From assembly GCA_051362555.1 (NCBI GenBank), contig CM120640.1:14942001-15006000 (forward strand): a stretch of DNA of 64,000 bases, read 5' to 3'. Positions 36,801-49,820 of the stretch are shown in pieces (the stretch's first letter is position 1; every line of letters starts with the position of its first letter). The notes under the pieces were generated by a model. It was not told the origin of the DNA. It did not search any database and worked only from the letters and a program-made list of their open reading frames with translations. Both the position numbers and the translations under genes were made by a program. The DNA comes from Lingula anatina. Taxonomy: Eukaryota; Animalia; Brachiopoda.

Positions 36801-38290
36801 CCCACCATCATAACCGAAAACTTTGGTCCTCTTAGCGAGTATGAAGGTTTAGTCAAATGTACTATTCTTCCTCCTCACGGCCTTTATCATCCTGTCCTTC
36901 CCTATAGATCACAAGGGAAACTAACATTTCCTCTTTGTCGCACATGCGCTGACACACTGCAGCAGTCACGGTGTGAGCATAATGACGAAGAGCGTTGTAT
37001 GACAGGTACATGGGTTACGGTCGAGTTAAAAAAGGCCGTTTCCAAGGGCTATGTGATTAAACAAATGCACGAGGTCTGGCATTATGATCATGTTAGCGAA
37101 TACAACCCAATCACCAAAACGGGGGGTCTTTTCTCTGACTATATCAATACATTTCTCAAGCTCAAACAAGAGGCCAGCGGCTATCCACCAGAGTGCACGA
37201 CACCACAGCTCAAAAGAGACTACATTGCTTCCTACTTCACCAAAGAGGGCATTCGACTAGACCCTAACCAAATTAAGAAGAACCCAGGTCTGAGGGCTTT
37301 GTCTAAACTGATGCTTAACAGCTTTTGGGGTACGTATAAACAGAGGTAGCATTCATTTATTACATACACTATGTCTGAGGTTCACGCATGATTCCAATAT
37401 TTGTATTTGTTATTCACCGTAAATAATGGTAATAACATCGTACGTATATTTGCATATTACATCTGTCCTTGATGCTTTATTATGTTTACACCTTGTTTAT
37501 TCACATCATACAATATTACAGTACTTCTCATCCGTGCATTTTCACTATCCTTACTCGCATAGTTATGTTATTATTTTTTATGTTTGTTATTTCAGGCAAA
37601 TTCGGTCAACGAATGAACATGACACAGTCCGAATACGTCACCGAGGTGGACGAGTACTTTGCGCTGCTGTTGAACAAATCCGTCGATGTCACCAACGTGA
37701 TGTTTTTAACCGATGATATGGTGGAGGTACACTACAAACACCAATCTGAGTTTAATGAATGCTCCGATAAGACCAACGTCGTCATAGCCGCGTACACCAC
37801 CGCCCACGCTCGTATGGTTCTTTACAGCGCCATAGAGGACCTGGATCGAAACGTTCTTTACTTTGACACGGACTCAATCATCTTCCTGGACGATGGCAGT
37901 GCACAAACCAACGCCTACCTAAATACCATCATGGGCAGCTACCTTGGCGACTTCACCGATGAGCTAGATGAGGGGGACCACATCACCACCTTCGTGTCGG
38001 GCGGGCCGAAAAACTACGCATACGTTACCGCAAAGGGAAAGACAATTTGTAAAGTGAGGGGTATCTCACTGAATTATGAAACCTCCCAAATAGTGAACTA
38101 TGAGACTTTACGTAACATGGTACACGGTATAGGTCCGAAAGAGGTGTCAACAACTACACATCATAAAATTGTGCGAGACACTCTGAATAAAGAACTGCTC
38201 TCTAAAAGGGAGGATAAAGTTTACCGGGTTGTGTACACTAAACGTGTCATTCAGCAAGACTCATTTGATACACTACCATACGGCTATTAA
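33897..38290 (+). CDS. Protein-primed family B DNA polymerase, two exons (33897-37329, 37596-38290), ~1375 aa
   Basis: ExoI FDFE, ExoII HNMSGYD, ExoIII YCRMDV, motif A DVCSLYP, motif B KLMLNSFW-G-KFGQR restored by splicing, motif C YFDTDS, and GPKNY. Confidence 0.95.
37330..37595 (+). other. 266-bp phase-1 GT-AG intron in pPolB
   Basis: TGG G|gtacgt ... tttgttatttcag|GC AAA TTC GGT CAA; the interval is T/A-rich and carries the in-frame stop at 37347-37349. Confidence 0.9.
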
Positions 38291-38609
38291 CTTTCATAAA
38301 TTGCCGAGTAGTGTTGTTTATATATTTATCATTTTTCATTTTGTTGTACATACATTGTTTTGCTGTTTTAATCTGTGCATGTAATTGATAGATTCACTAT
38401 ACTCACTTTGCACTGCATTATGCATAATTATTATCTTTTAGTAAATTAGACATTTATGTACATTGTTTTAATGTTTTAATGTGTATATACAACTGTTCAC
38501 TATGATCAACTTACAATGCAATTATGTATTTCAATAAAATCATGTTTTATTTACAAATTTACTTGTTTACTACTACATTGTGCCTTTTTCCTTAGTAATT
38601 CTTTAAAAT

Positions 38610-38826
38610 CTCCTACATGCCCAGGCCCGTTCTGTGACGTCATCCGTTACCATAGTAAAACGTAAACAAAAATAGGGAGTCTCGTTTGTTTACATTAAAA
38701 AAATTGTTTGTTTATTTTGTAAACATCCCCATTGTCCGGTATAGGTTTACCATTGTTCAAATGATGTAACATAACAAAAGAAAAAAGTGGAATTCTTTTC
38801 TCCCGTATAGTACGGATGTAACTACT
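38610..38826 (-). repeat. Polinton right terminal inverted repeat (217 bp)
   Basis: Reverse complement of 24429-24645. Confidence 0.96.
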
Positions 38827-41800
38827 GATAAGCAAACATACTATTTGCATTTAAAGAAAAGACAATAACCTGAAAATCCCATTGGGAAAATCAAAAATAA
38901 ATTTCTCAGCAATAGAAAGATACTTACAATCTTCCATAATGTCTGTTTTTTTTTTCTCCATTACAACATACCTTTTTCTCCAAACTAATTCCACATTTTC
39001 CATCTGGGTAAGTGTCTGAAAAAGAAAATTATCTACCAACATCAATATTAAATTGACATTTGTGCCATATATCCCTCCATGTGAGATTTGTCTTGACTTA
39101 CCACATACCACAATATCCAAAGAGATTGAAAATACAGGTAATGCTGAAACATATATATATATATATTTCACAAAAAAACACTGTCCAATGCAAATAAAGC
39201 AAAGAATGTTTAAACTGGATCAAGCCAAAATACCCAGCGGGTGGTGTCCCAGCACCCACACACCATGCTTTAAAAGACATTGGCTAATATTTCTTTGATA
39301 AGCAAACATACTTTTTACAATTAAAGAAAAGACAATAACCTGAAAATACCATTAGGAAAATCTAATCTAAATTTCTCAGGAATCAAAAGATACTTACAAT
39401 CTTCCATAATGTCTGTTTTTTTTTCTCCATTACAACATATGTTATTCTCCAAACTAATTTAACCTTTTTCATCTGGGTTGGTGTCTGAAAAAGAAAATTA
39501 TCTTCCAACATCAATATTAAGGTTCACATTTGTACCATATATCCCTCCATGTGAGATTTGTCTTTGACTTACCACATACCACAATATCCAAAGAGATTGA
39601 AAATATAGGTAATGCTGAAACATATATATATTTCACAAAGAAACACTGTCCAATGCAAATAAAGCAAAGAATGTTTAAACTGGATCAAGCCAAAATATCC
39701 AGCGGGTGGTGTCCCAGCACCCACACACCGTGCTTTAAAAGACATTGGCTAATATTTCTTTGATAAGCAAACATACTATTTGCAATTAAAGAAAAGACAA
39801 TAACCTGAAAATCCCATTGGGAAAATCAAAAATAAATATCTCAGCAATAAAAAGATACTTACAATCTTCCATAATCTCTGTTCTTTTTTTCTCCTTTACA
39901 ACATACCTTTTTCCCCAAACTAATTCCACTTTTTCCATCTGGGTAAGTGTCTGAAAAAGAAAATTATCTACCAACATCAATATTAAATTGACATTTTAGC
40001 CATATATCCCTCCATGTGAGATTTGTCTTTGACTTACCACATACCACAATATCCAAAGAGATTGAAAATACAGGTAATGCTGAAACAGATATATTTCACA
40101 AAGAAACACTGTCCAATGCAAATAAAGCAAAGAATGTTAAAACTGGATCAAACCAAAATATCCAGCGGGTGGTGTCCCAGCACCCACAGAACGTGCGTTA
40201 AAACACATTGGCTAAAATTTCTTTGATAAGCAAACATACTATTTACAATTAATGAAAAGACAATAACCTGAAAATCCCATTGGGAAAATCAAAAATAAAT
40301 TTCTCAGCAATAAAAAAATACTTACAATCTTCCATAATGTCTTTTCTTTTTTCTCCATTACAACATACCTTTTCATCCAATCTAACTCAACTTTTTTCCA
40401 TCTTCCTTGTCTGAAAAAGAAAATTATCTACCAACATCAATGTTAAGGTTCACATTTGTGCCATATATCCCTCCATGTCAGATTTGCCCTTGTCTTACCA
40501 CATACCACAATATCCAAAGAGATTGAAAATATAGGTAATGCTGAAACATATATATATTTCACAAAGAAACACTGTCCAATGCAAATAAAGCAAAGAATGT
40601 TTAAACTGGATCAAGCCAAAATATCCAGCGGGTGGTGTCCCAGCACCCACAGACCGTGCTTTAAAACACATTGGCTAATATTCCTTTGATAAGCAAACAT
40701 ACTATTTACAATTAAAGAAAAGACAATAACCTGAAAATACCATTGGGAAAATCAAATCTAAATATCTCAGGAATTGAAAAATGCTTACACTCTGCCATAA
40801 AGTCTCTTCTTTTTTCTCCATTACAATTAACATGCCTTTTCATCCAATCTAACTCAACTTTTTTCCATAATTTTTATTCCTTGTTGTCTGAAAAAGAAAA
40901 TCATCTACCAACATCAATATTAAATTGGCATTTGTGCCATATATCCCTCCATGTGAGATTTGTCCTTGTCTTACCACATACTGTACCACAATATCCAAAG
41001 AGATTGAAAATTCAGGTAATGCTGAAACAGATATATTTCACTAAAAAACACTGTCCAATGCAAATAAAGCAAAGAATGTTTAAACTGGATCAAGCCAAAA
41101 TATTCGCTAGTTTTTTCCTCTGGTTTTCGTTGCTGTATTCTTTCGAGAAAAAAAGGTGGAATCTAAAATATTGAACTTTTATTATTATTATTATTGTTAT
41201 TATTATTATTTTTTTTATTTTATTTTTATTTATTTATTTATTTTTTTTTTTTTTTTTGCACAGATGTACCTGTTTTTTTCTGCCTTTCTTTGAAATCCAT
41301 ATTTCCGCGGTTCACCAAGCTGCAATGTGACATCGCCCTGCTGGTAGTGAGGATGCGGTTGCCGCTCTCCATGGAAACGTAGACAGATACGTCATATGTC
41401 AACATCACGTCGTGACGTATAACATATAACGCCATGACCTTTAAAAATGTAGGCCTACCACCCTCTGCTGAGACTCTATTAGAATACAGCATAAAAATGA
41501 AAACAGCCAAAAACACCGAACTTGTGAATATGACGGAAAGCAGACCATGCTGTCGGATACGGATACTATTTCCATTGCGTTAGGTGAGCTGAAAGGCACA
41601 CTTGTATTTCTGCGTGCCTTCTGGCTGAGAAGCTTTACTTCGAAGATGCTGAAGATGGGCCTGACTGTTATGTAGCCTACTGACTGTACAAAGGGAACTT
41701 TGAATATGCTGGTATGGCCCTAATCGTGCAGCTACACCTCTACATCTCTTTGCTTGTTCCATTTGTCATTATTGGTTGTGCCATGCAACTGTGCACTATA

Positions 41801-43812
41801 TATATCTGTAGGCCTATAATAGGGGCCTAAACCCGGCCATGGCCATTACCAGCCTATTTGGTTTTTAAAATTATTTAGTTGGACAGCCTTTCTGTTGACA
41901 CGGACGCCTATATCGCATCGCAAGCTATTCGTCCTTTATGTCAATGAAAAAAGTAGACATACAACAGCCTTTGATAAGTAATAGGGATTCTTACGGCTTA
42001 GAACCTTCAAACTATGCAGTAGGCCTACACCGGTAAGCAGAAGTTTTTGGCTAAATTTACGTTAAAGAAATGCTAATATGCTCAATAAAAATGTAATAAT
42101 AATAGATCCCACAGCGTCGAATTGACAGTAAAATGTTTTTTCTCGGTGATCTTGCTATATTTTACATTGTAAAGGACTGCTGAGGACAGCTGAACAGCAA
42201 AGTCTCGTGATCCAGTCGTTTTCAGCTCCTTACGCGTTTTGCAGTTTAGCACCGATTCATTTAAATGAATACTATTTATAATAAGAATAAATATTCTGTT
42301 ATTTTACTAACTAATCAACCCCGACCCCTACATCAGTAAGAAAATTGAAATGTCTAAAATTTCCATGCTCGCTCATAACTGTTTATTCTAATATGAAACT
42401 ATCGGCCGACGTAGATTATCATTGTAATTGGATTCAACGAAAGCCCCTTCGGAGTTGGATCGATCTACTTGGACTGATAATTAAAATGGGACTGAGTCCA
42501 TATAGTGCCTTAAAAGTTTCACTCTAAAAATGAAAAAATGTAGCCAAATTTAAATAAGGCTCTCTTATGCAGTTGTCGTTACATAACGAAATCAAATATT
42601 AGTACTTTGTAATTGCAAAAAAATCAATTGCTTTTTTTCCGACTTCAAAAAAAAAAAAGGTTTGATAATCACGGCATCAGTGTCGCGGTTAACCTAAAGG
42701 AAGGGGACCCTATATTCGTTTTTCGAATCAAACGAATTTCAATCTGTGCCAACAGTAGGCTGTTTGTTGTTTTTAAGACTTCACGAACAATAAAAAGTAC
42801 AGGGGCCTATCTGTATCGAGCTGTTGACGGAACTCTTACTTAAACCATTTATTGATTATTGAGTTTCTCAATCACATTTGGTTCTGTATGTCCTGATGCC
42901 TTATTTGTTATACATTGGTGAGAAAATCTCTCTAACAGGATAGGACTATCTTTAGGCCCCTACTCCAAGTTATATAGACTGGCGAATGATGACCTTCATG
43001 TTTCAAAGATAAGAATAAAAAGCCATTGGTAGAAATAGCACGGAAAATCGAATAGTTGTGAAACGGAAAACGATGTCTACATATACATGCTGACATGTGT
43101 ATTAAAATAAACACGTACCTCTCTGGGATATATAAAAAGGCGCAAATTGCTGCGTTTGGTGTGAAATACGTTCCATTGGGCAGTTGTTGTGGTTGGTTGC
43201 TGCTGTCCTAAGAGACAACCGTTACTAAACGTCATAGTGATTGACGTCGACGTCAGTGACGTGGTGGTGTTTTGTTTTGCCAACGGTACAAAGATAGGCC
43301 TATTTCTTAAATTTTCAAATTGCCAATTGCTTAGCATGAAGATTTTTCTTTGCCTTCTATTTCTTTTTTTCTCCCCTTCCTTAATTCAGCTGCGTCCCAA
43401 GAAAGAATGGAGACGGAAAGAGGCCGCTGTAACTGTGTTGTAATTTTTATCTACAACGTTTGCTTTTTATTTCATTGTCAACAGTCTATATAGGCCTATT
43501 TACACCAGTCATATTTTAGATAGATATGTGTTAACTCACCATTGTCTTTCTACGATTACCTTTACTACAACCGTTAATATATGGACTCAAAAAAGTAAAA
43601 CTTTTTAAATGACCGACACTTTCTTGGCATTGCGGGATATTGTCACATTAAAGCCGATTACAAGATTATGTGATCATTTTTTTTTCACCTCGCAAATATT
43701 TTTTCATAAATTGACGAGGGACCAACTTACCACGGGATTCAACTATCCCCGATCTCCCCTACGTCAGAGGTACGTATAAATATTGTATGTGACATCGATC
43801 ATAGGCACAACT

Positions 43813-43933
43813 TACCCTCTACCAGGGCGAGTGATAGATTTTTTACAGATATTCACAGAATGACCATCTATCTAGCTAGAGACATATCTGTGAATATCTG
43901 TAAAAAATCTATCACTCACCCTGGTAGAGGGTA
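43813..43933. mobile_element. 121-bp fold-back MITE, ~47-bp TIRs, 9-11 bp TSD (Mutator-like)
   Basis: taccctctaccagggcgagtgatagattttttacagatattcacaga and its reverse complement (1 mismatch); flanking direct repeat ggcacaact at 43804-43812 and 43934-43942. Confidence 0.85.
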
Positions 43934-44765
43934 GGCACAACTTGAGTGCACATGTATGTGAAGGCATCACCACCAGATTTATTGCACAGTCAGTAGGCCT
44001 ATCAATCTCTCACCTAAAATTAGCCATACCTGTTGTAATTTGCATAACAATATGTTGCTCACCAAAGAGCGAGCTGTTTTTTCGAATGCTCACTTAGCAG
44101 TTGGACAGAGTCGGGTGTAGACGCAACAGTAGGCCTACGTGTGGTGCAGTCACAGGATCGAGCTTTTATGCAGCGCACGTATAGAAGCAAATAGGCCTAC
44201 ATGTTTGTGAGTATCACACCGCCATTAAATACTAAAGTCGCACAGGAATGAAGGAATATTTACGACAAATAATTATCACATACATGTAAGTCCTTGTGCT
44301 ACAGTTCGCAGCGTTACTTGTCTGTCACTCAGAATGGAAGAATTATTGGTTACAATGAATTGGGACTTCAAATGTACGGGATGAACGGCACTCTCACCCG
44401 ACTTTTGATGATTACTTAAGTTTGCTCTGTACTTATTAGTATTGTTTGAATAATTTGTGTGCCCTTGACAGTTGCTTTCGGACATTTTGATTTAATTTAA
44501 AATGGCGTGTGTGTGTTTAAATGTAAGTATTACCACCAAAAATCACTGATTGATTAGATGATGCTTGTCACACTCCTGAGCTTCTAATTCAAAGGTAAGT
44601 TTGTGCCGTCAACTTGTATATCAATTCCATAGGAAAATCCTATGGTCAAATTTTATTAACAACACATAGGTCTTTTTTTATTTATTTTACTTTAAATAGG
44701 CAGTATTTGTAATTTTTTATTGTTTAAGGTTTTATTATATATGATGCTTATAGCACTGCTAGTTC

Positions 44766-44809
<44 letters not shown>

Positions 44810-46387
44810 CGGTACTAGCTGAGCCAGTGCCAATAACCACGCAGGCCACTTCAATTAAAAGTACCCGCTTCTCTCTAATTCTATATTTGTATATGGAAAA
44901 AGTCTATCCGTTTATTCTAAAGTTGAAATCATTATTTTTTTTTTTTCTTTTCAGATCGCTCGATCAATCAACATGAACCTGCAAGCAATCTACGGTGCCC
45001 AGACTTTGTTTTACGCCCAGGGACCCCATGCCCATTCGTGCATCTATAACATATAAAAACTGAATAAATACTTCGGCAATCCGGTGTTTTTTTTTCCTTT
45101 TGTCATGAAATAATGATGACAAATATAGTAGTAGGCCTAATAATGGGAAATAAATAACATTATTTCACGTTTGATGACTTTCAGATTCAATTTGCTAAAT
45201 CTAATCTGTAAATTATGTCTCAATATTTTTGTGATTGATTGTTTTTTTATGTTCCCTACAGTTATCTGAAAGTGAAATAGGTGACGTATTTTGTAAATAA
45301 TGGAATAATGGAAGTTATTTTCAGACACTAAAAGAAAATATCGAAAATAACATTTATATATTAAATTTATATCAGTTTAATAACCTGCTTTTTAAAAAAT
45401 CAAATTAATGTGTTTTTTTCTATAACACAATTCGACTATATATATATATATATTTGCCTATATGATCCGTATACTGGTTATTCAGTTGTTATTAGTTTTT
45501 ATAGAAAACCTGCTTACAAAGAAAAAAATGGCGAAGTTTGTTTCATTTTAGCATCATTGGCGATCTATATAAACTACCGGTACTATATAGGCCTAGTACA
45601 TGTAATAGCAGGCCTCATTGGAATATGATATCTAACCGTAGGCCTATTCACTGCGTATTGCATGAGCAAATATCGGATAAATGTATAAAATACAAGATCA
45701 GGCAGATCATTCAGAATACATAAACGTATAGTGTTTGCGACAAAAAGACAAAACGAGACTGGTTTATGTGAGAATGTATAGCGTCCAAACTAAGCTGATG
45801 TACGGAAATGGCGAACTGTATACAGTAGGCCTACTGGTTTTTAATTAATTGACTGAAATGAATTGCTACATTTTAGATGCAGGAATACACCTTAACATGC
45901 TAACAATGACAGGAAAAAACTGAATATTTTTACTATAACTTTCTATTGATTATAAATTACGTAGTGTTCTCTATAAATACAAATACTGGTGTTAAGTTGG
46001 ACTTGCGTAATTTGCTTTTATATTTTTTGAACTTCAAACTATTTTCCACATAATTTGTTCAAGATCAAATCTCATAGCACAGTAAATTTATTTCTAAAAT
46101 GAGAATATATATTAATTTATATATATTTATTAGTTTAATAGTTTTGATATTCTTCCGTTTCTGACACCCATCACATTTTCATTATTTTACTCAATTCAAG
46201 CGGCAGCCTGATTACTCCCGTTGCAGTCTCACTCAAACAGGAAATGGATTGTTGGTAATAATAAACTTGAGCGAGTGCTAGCTGTTTCCCATTTCACGTT
46301 TACACTGGACAACGTTGTTCTCAACCTGCTTTCTCGCTTTACTTTACCCTGGTATTTTATCGAAAATTGTGTCTGTCGTTTTGAAGT

Positions 46388-49300
46388 ATGGATCAAAGCA
46401 GGACCACAGGTAATGCTGTAAAGCAAATGGGTTACGATTTATTAATGCATCTTTAGCATCTCTCACTCTCTCTCGATCATCTCTCTCTCTCTCTCACGTG
46501 ATGAAGGGTGGGAAATGGGATGGGTACAAAACCTTAAGTATGACATATTTAATCAGTACCCATTTTACACAAACCATGGGGTCCAAGTGTTTAGATACAA
46601 TAACCTATCTGAGCATGCTCATAGTGTTATCATGTCAGGAGTTGGGTATAATTTCCCCAATTTTTCTGGATTTCCATCATTTAAATTGTAATGGAACAAT
46701 TTATAATATATTTGATTTAGAATTTTAACATACTACAGTATTTTTTATTGTTTATCATAGGTGACAAAAAAGCTCGAACTTTTGACTTTATGTCAATGTT
46801 TGAAGAAACCAGGAAAAATGCAGTGGAGCGAAGCAAGAAAACTTTAGGTAATTAAAATTTGATATAACTTTATTTACCTGAAACTATCAAGATGAGAGTA
46901 AAAGCTATTTAGACTAGAAATGCACACATTTTATTGACTGTCAGACATTGAAATTTGGCTAATGCTGGTAGGCAGTTGGCATGTCATACAATGAGACCAA
47001 GCATTACAGCACTAACATCCATGTAAAACTTTGCAAATCTTCAGGCCTGTTGCATTTCCTCTTGCAAATTCGTAAAAAGGACTTTTACCATGCAAATAAT
47101 GTCTGTTGTATCTTTGCATGAATCAGAATACTTTTTACTAAACCCTCTGCAATACATTTAGTTGCTCTTCAGCTTGCAGATTTGCAGCAAAATTCTATGA
47201 GAATCTGAAGTTGAGATGATATTTAAGGGGAATTTTTTTTTCATGAAGAAGAAAGAGAAAACTCCCAAGGCCAATCTAGTCCCACTGCAAAGAAAGCACA
47301 TGGTGAATCTACTCCAAGTGAAAAGGATATTAAAAGTGTTTCAGATTTGATAGGACCTCCTGTACCCAGTTCTACCAGCAAAAATGATGAAGAAGGTATA
47401 TGTATGTCTTTAACATAAAAAAATGCATTTTTTGCAAAGATTTTATGATGTCTAATTTTTTTATTGTTAATTGCGTTTCTTGACATTTGCCATATTAAGA
47501 ACAACATTTTTACATTTTTAATTATATTTTGACACTATAGAAACATATTAAGTTTGTATTAAAGGAATATATATTTGATATTTTTTAAAGATTTGATAGG
47601 ACCTCCTCTACCACCGTCATTTTTGACTTCGAACAGGGATGACACAACAAAAAAGAAAAACAAAGAAAATGATGGTGATGAGGAGGAGGAGGAGGACTCT
47701 GAGGAGGAAGAAGAAGAAGTTAGTACTTACTTTTCTATACTGTTGGCTCATGTGCCATGACTGTAAATTGAATTTTGTTAAGAACCATTTTCTAGTTAAT
47801 CTCTTCCCATCCATGACTTCAGTAGAATTGTATCTTTATTAAATTTAATGAAAACTTACAATTTATTGTATGCTACATCCATATAATGATTCTTTGTTTT
47901 CTGATAAAGCATTTTTTAATCACTGCCATGCAGAGATAATGCTTAATTCTTCACTTGAATATTATTTAGGCATTAGAAAAAAGAATACCAGCCTCACATG
48001 AGATAACATTAGAGCATGGGAGTAAAACAGTAAGTAAACATAATACCCATAAGTGACCTGAACATGCATGGCAGGATTGGCAGTACTTACAATCTGACAA
48101 TAAACCTCTGATTCTTTTCTGGAAGTAATTTAAAAAATCAAAAACTTCTTTTATTTTAAAATAGATGTTATTTCCAAACAGGTAACATCATCAAGAAGTC
48201 CGAATTTATTTATTACAATTTAATTATAGCCCAAACTTGTCAAATCCAACAAATATCTATTACCAATGGAATTTTTTTTAATTCATTTGGTATTGAAAAG
48301 TGGTGTATTTGCACTTTTAAATTACCACTTAAGTCAGAAGTACTTAATGCTTATTAAAGAAATACTACATTTCTCTAGGTGTCAGCTTTGGGTCTAGATC
48401 CCTCTGGAGCCAGACTAGTCACTGGGGGTTTTGACTATGATGTCAAGTTCTGGGATTTCTCGGGAATGGACTCTTCACTTCAGTCGTTTAGAATGATCAG
48501 GCCATGTGAAAGGTATGAATATAGAAATTTTCACTTTTGAATGTATAATTTGCACTTTGATATGTATGAGAGATACACCAGAGAGAGTGAGTAAAGCTGG
48601 TTTGGAATTTGTTCATTAGTTCTGAGCAAATGATATATTTTTCAAAAAATTGTTAAAATTGGTGAAAATGTATCAGATATTTATAGAAAGGTACAGTATA
48701 CTAATGTCTATGCATATTGCCATGTTTTCACTTCTGTACTCAAAATAGATTATCTTCAGTGTATGGTGAAATATACCACAGAAGTTTTAGTGTATTAGGT
48801 CATCAGTGATTTTTTTGAATGTGTATTGACCAAACATTCTTTTGTCATGTTTCAGCCACCAGATCAAAGCCCTGGAGTACAGCACCACTGGTGACATGAT
48901 CCTTGTGGTGTCAGGGAGTGCACAAGCCAAGCTTATTGACAGAGATGGATTTGAAGTAATGGAGTGCCCCAAGGGAGATCAGTACTTGGTGGACATGGCC
49001 AGCACAAGAGTAAGATAGAAAAAAAAAAATAATAATAATAATAATAATAATGCATACATGCTTCTTCAGGGTATTTCTGACTATTTGAAGTGTGAATGGC
49101 TTTTATAACAATTTATTCAAACTTGATTTTTTTTCTTCAATTAAGGGACACACTGCTATGTTGAATTGCGGTTGCTGGAATCCAAAGATAAAAGAAGAGT
49201 TTATGACATGTTCTTATGATGGGTAAGTCATGTTTTTATGACGTGTAGGATGAGGGATGCCCTCTCAACATATGTATCAAATTTGTATAAGAAATGACCT

Positions 49301-49789
49301 AGCTGATTATCAGGAAATTTGCTATCTATTAACACAGTTAAGATATTACAGAGAAGTTTTTTTTTTCTCAGAAAATGGCACAGATTGAATAAAAAATAAA
49401 AAATCTAACAAATTCTTATATTGATGTTGGAAAGATTGCCTTAGATTACCATAGAGATATTTGATGAGTTTGATTGGTGCCCATTTGTTAGCATTTCTTT
49501 TTATTTTCTTTATTTCGATAAAAAACAAAATCAATAAGATAAGATGAACTCTTTTTCAGCTCAGTCAGATTATGGGACATAAATAATGACAAAAAGCACA
49601 AGAACATCATCAAGCCAAGGTCACAAGTTGGTCGAAAAGTTGTCCCCACATGTTGTGCATATAGTCCCGATGGCAAACTTATTGCTGCTGCGTGCCAGGA
49701 TGGCTCCATACAGATGTGGGATTATAAAAGATACATTGTGAGCACTACTGCAGCTCTTGTGCAACTCTTTTGAAGCACAGTCGAGGACG

Positions 49790-49820
<31 letters not shown>

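Larger units (their letters stand above)
24429..38826. mobile_element. Maverick/Polinton (endogenous polintovirus/adintovirus-like), full length 14,398 bp
   Basis: Termini 5'-AGTAGT...ACTACT-3'; 6-bp TSD GATAAG (24423-24428, 38827-38832); 217-bp TIRs; pPolB, integrase, major and minor capsid, protease and ATPase genes. Confidence 0.98.
5114..41103. repeat. Tandem satellite array, ~465-bp monomer, ~41 copies (~19 kb net), interrupted by two insertions
   Basis: Marker ccagcgggtggtgtcccagcaccc recurs about every 465 bp: 26 copies before 16801, 11 between 19406 and 24428, 4 after 38827, then a truncated copy ending ~41103. Repeat phase continues across both insertions. Confidence 0.98.

Noticed and set aside
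37349-37716. pPolB as a broken pseudogene or two separate genes (ORFs starting at 37426 and 37469)
   Set aside because: A canonical GT-AG intron joins the halves exactly; the hydrophobic N-termini of these ORFs are intronic sequence.
24429-38826. Contaminating free virus or phage contig
   Set aside because: A precise 6-bp TSD and in-phase continuation of the host satellite on both sides indicate true integration.
5114-41174. Dozens of similar 60-143 aa ORFs on both strands (e.g. ...KLDQAKISSGWCPSTH...)
   Set aside because: By-products of the satellite; frames shift with homopolymer and (TA)n indels between copies.
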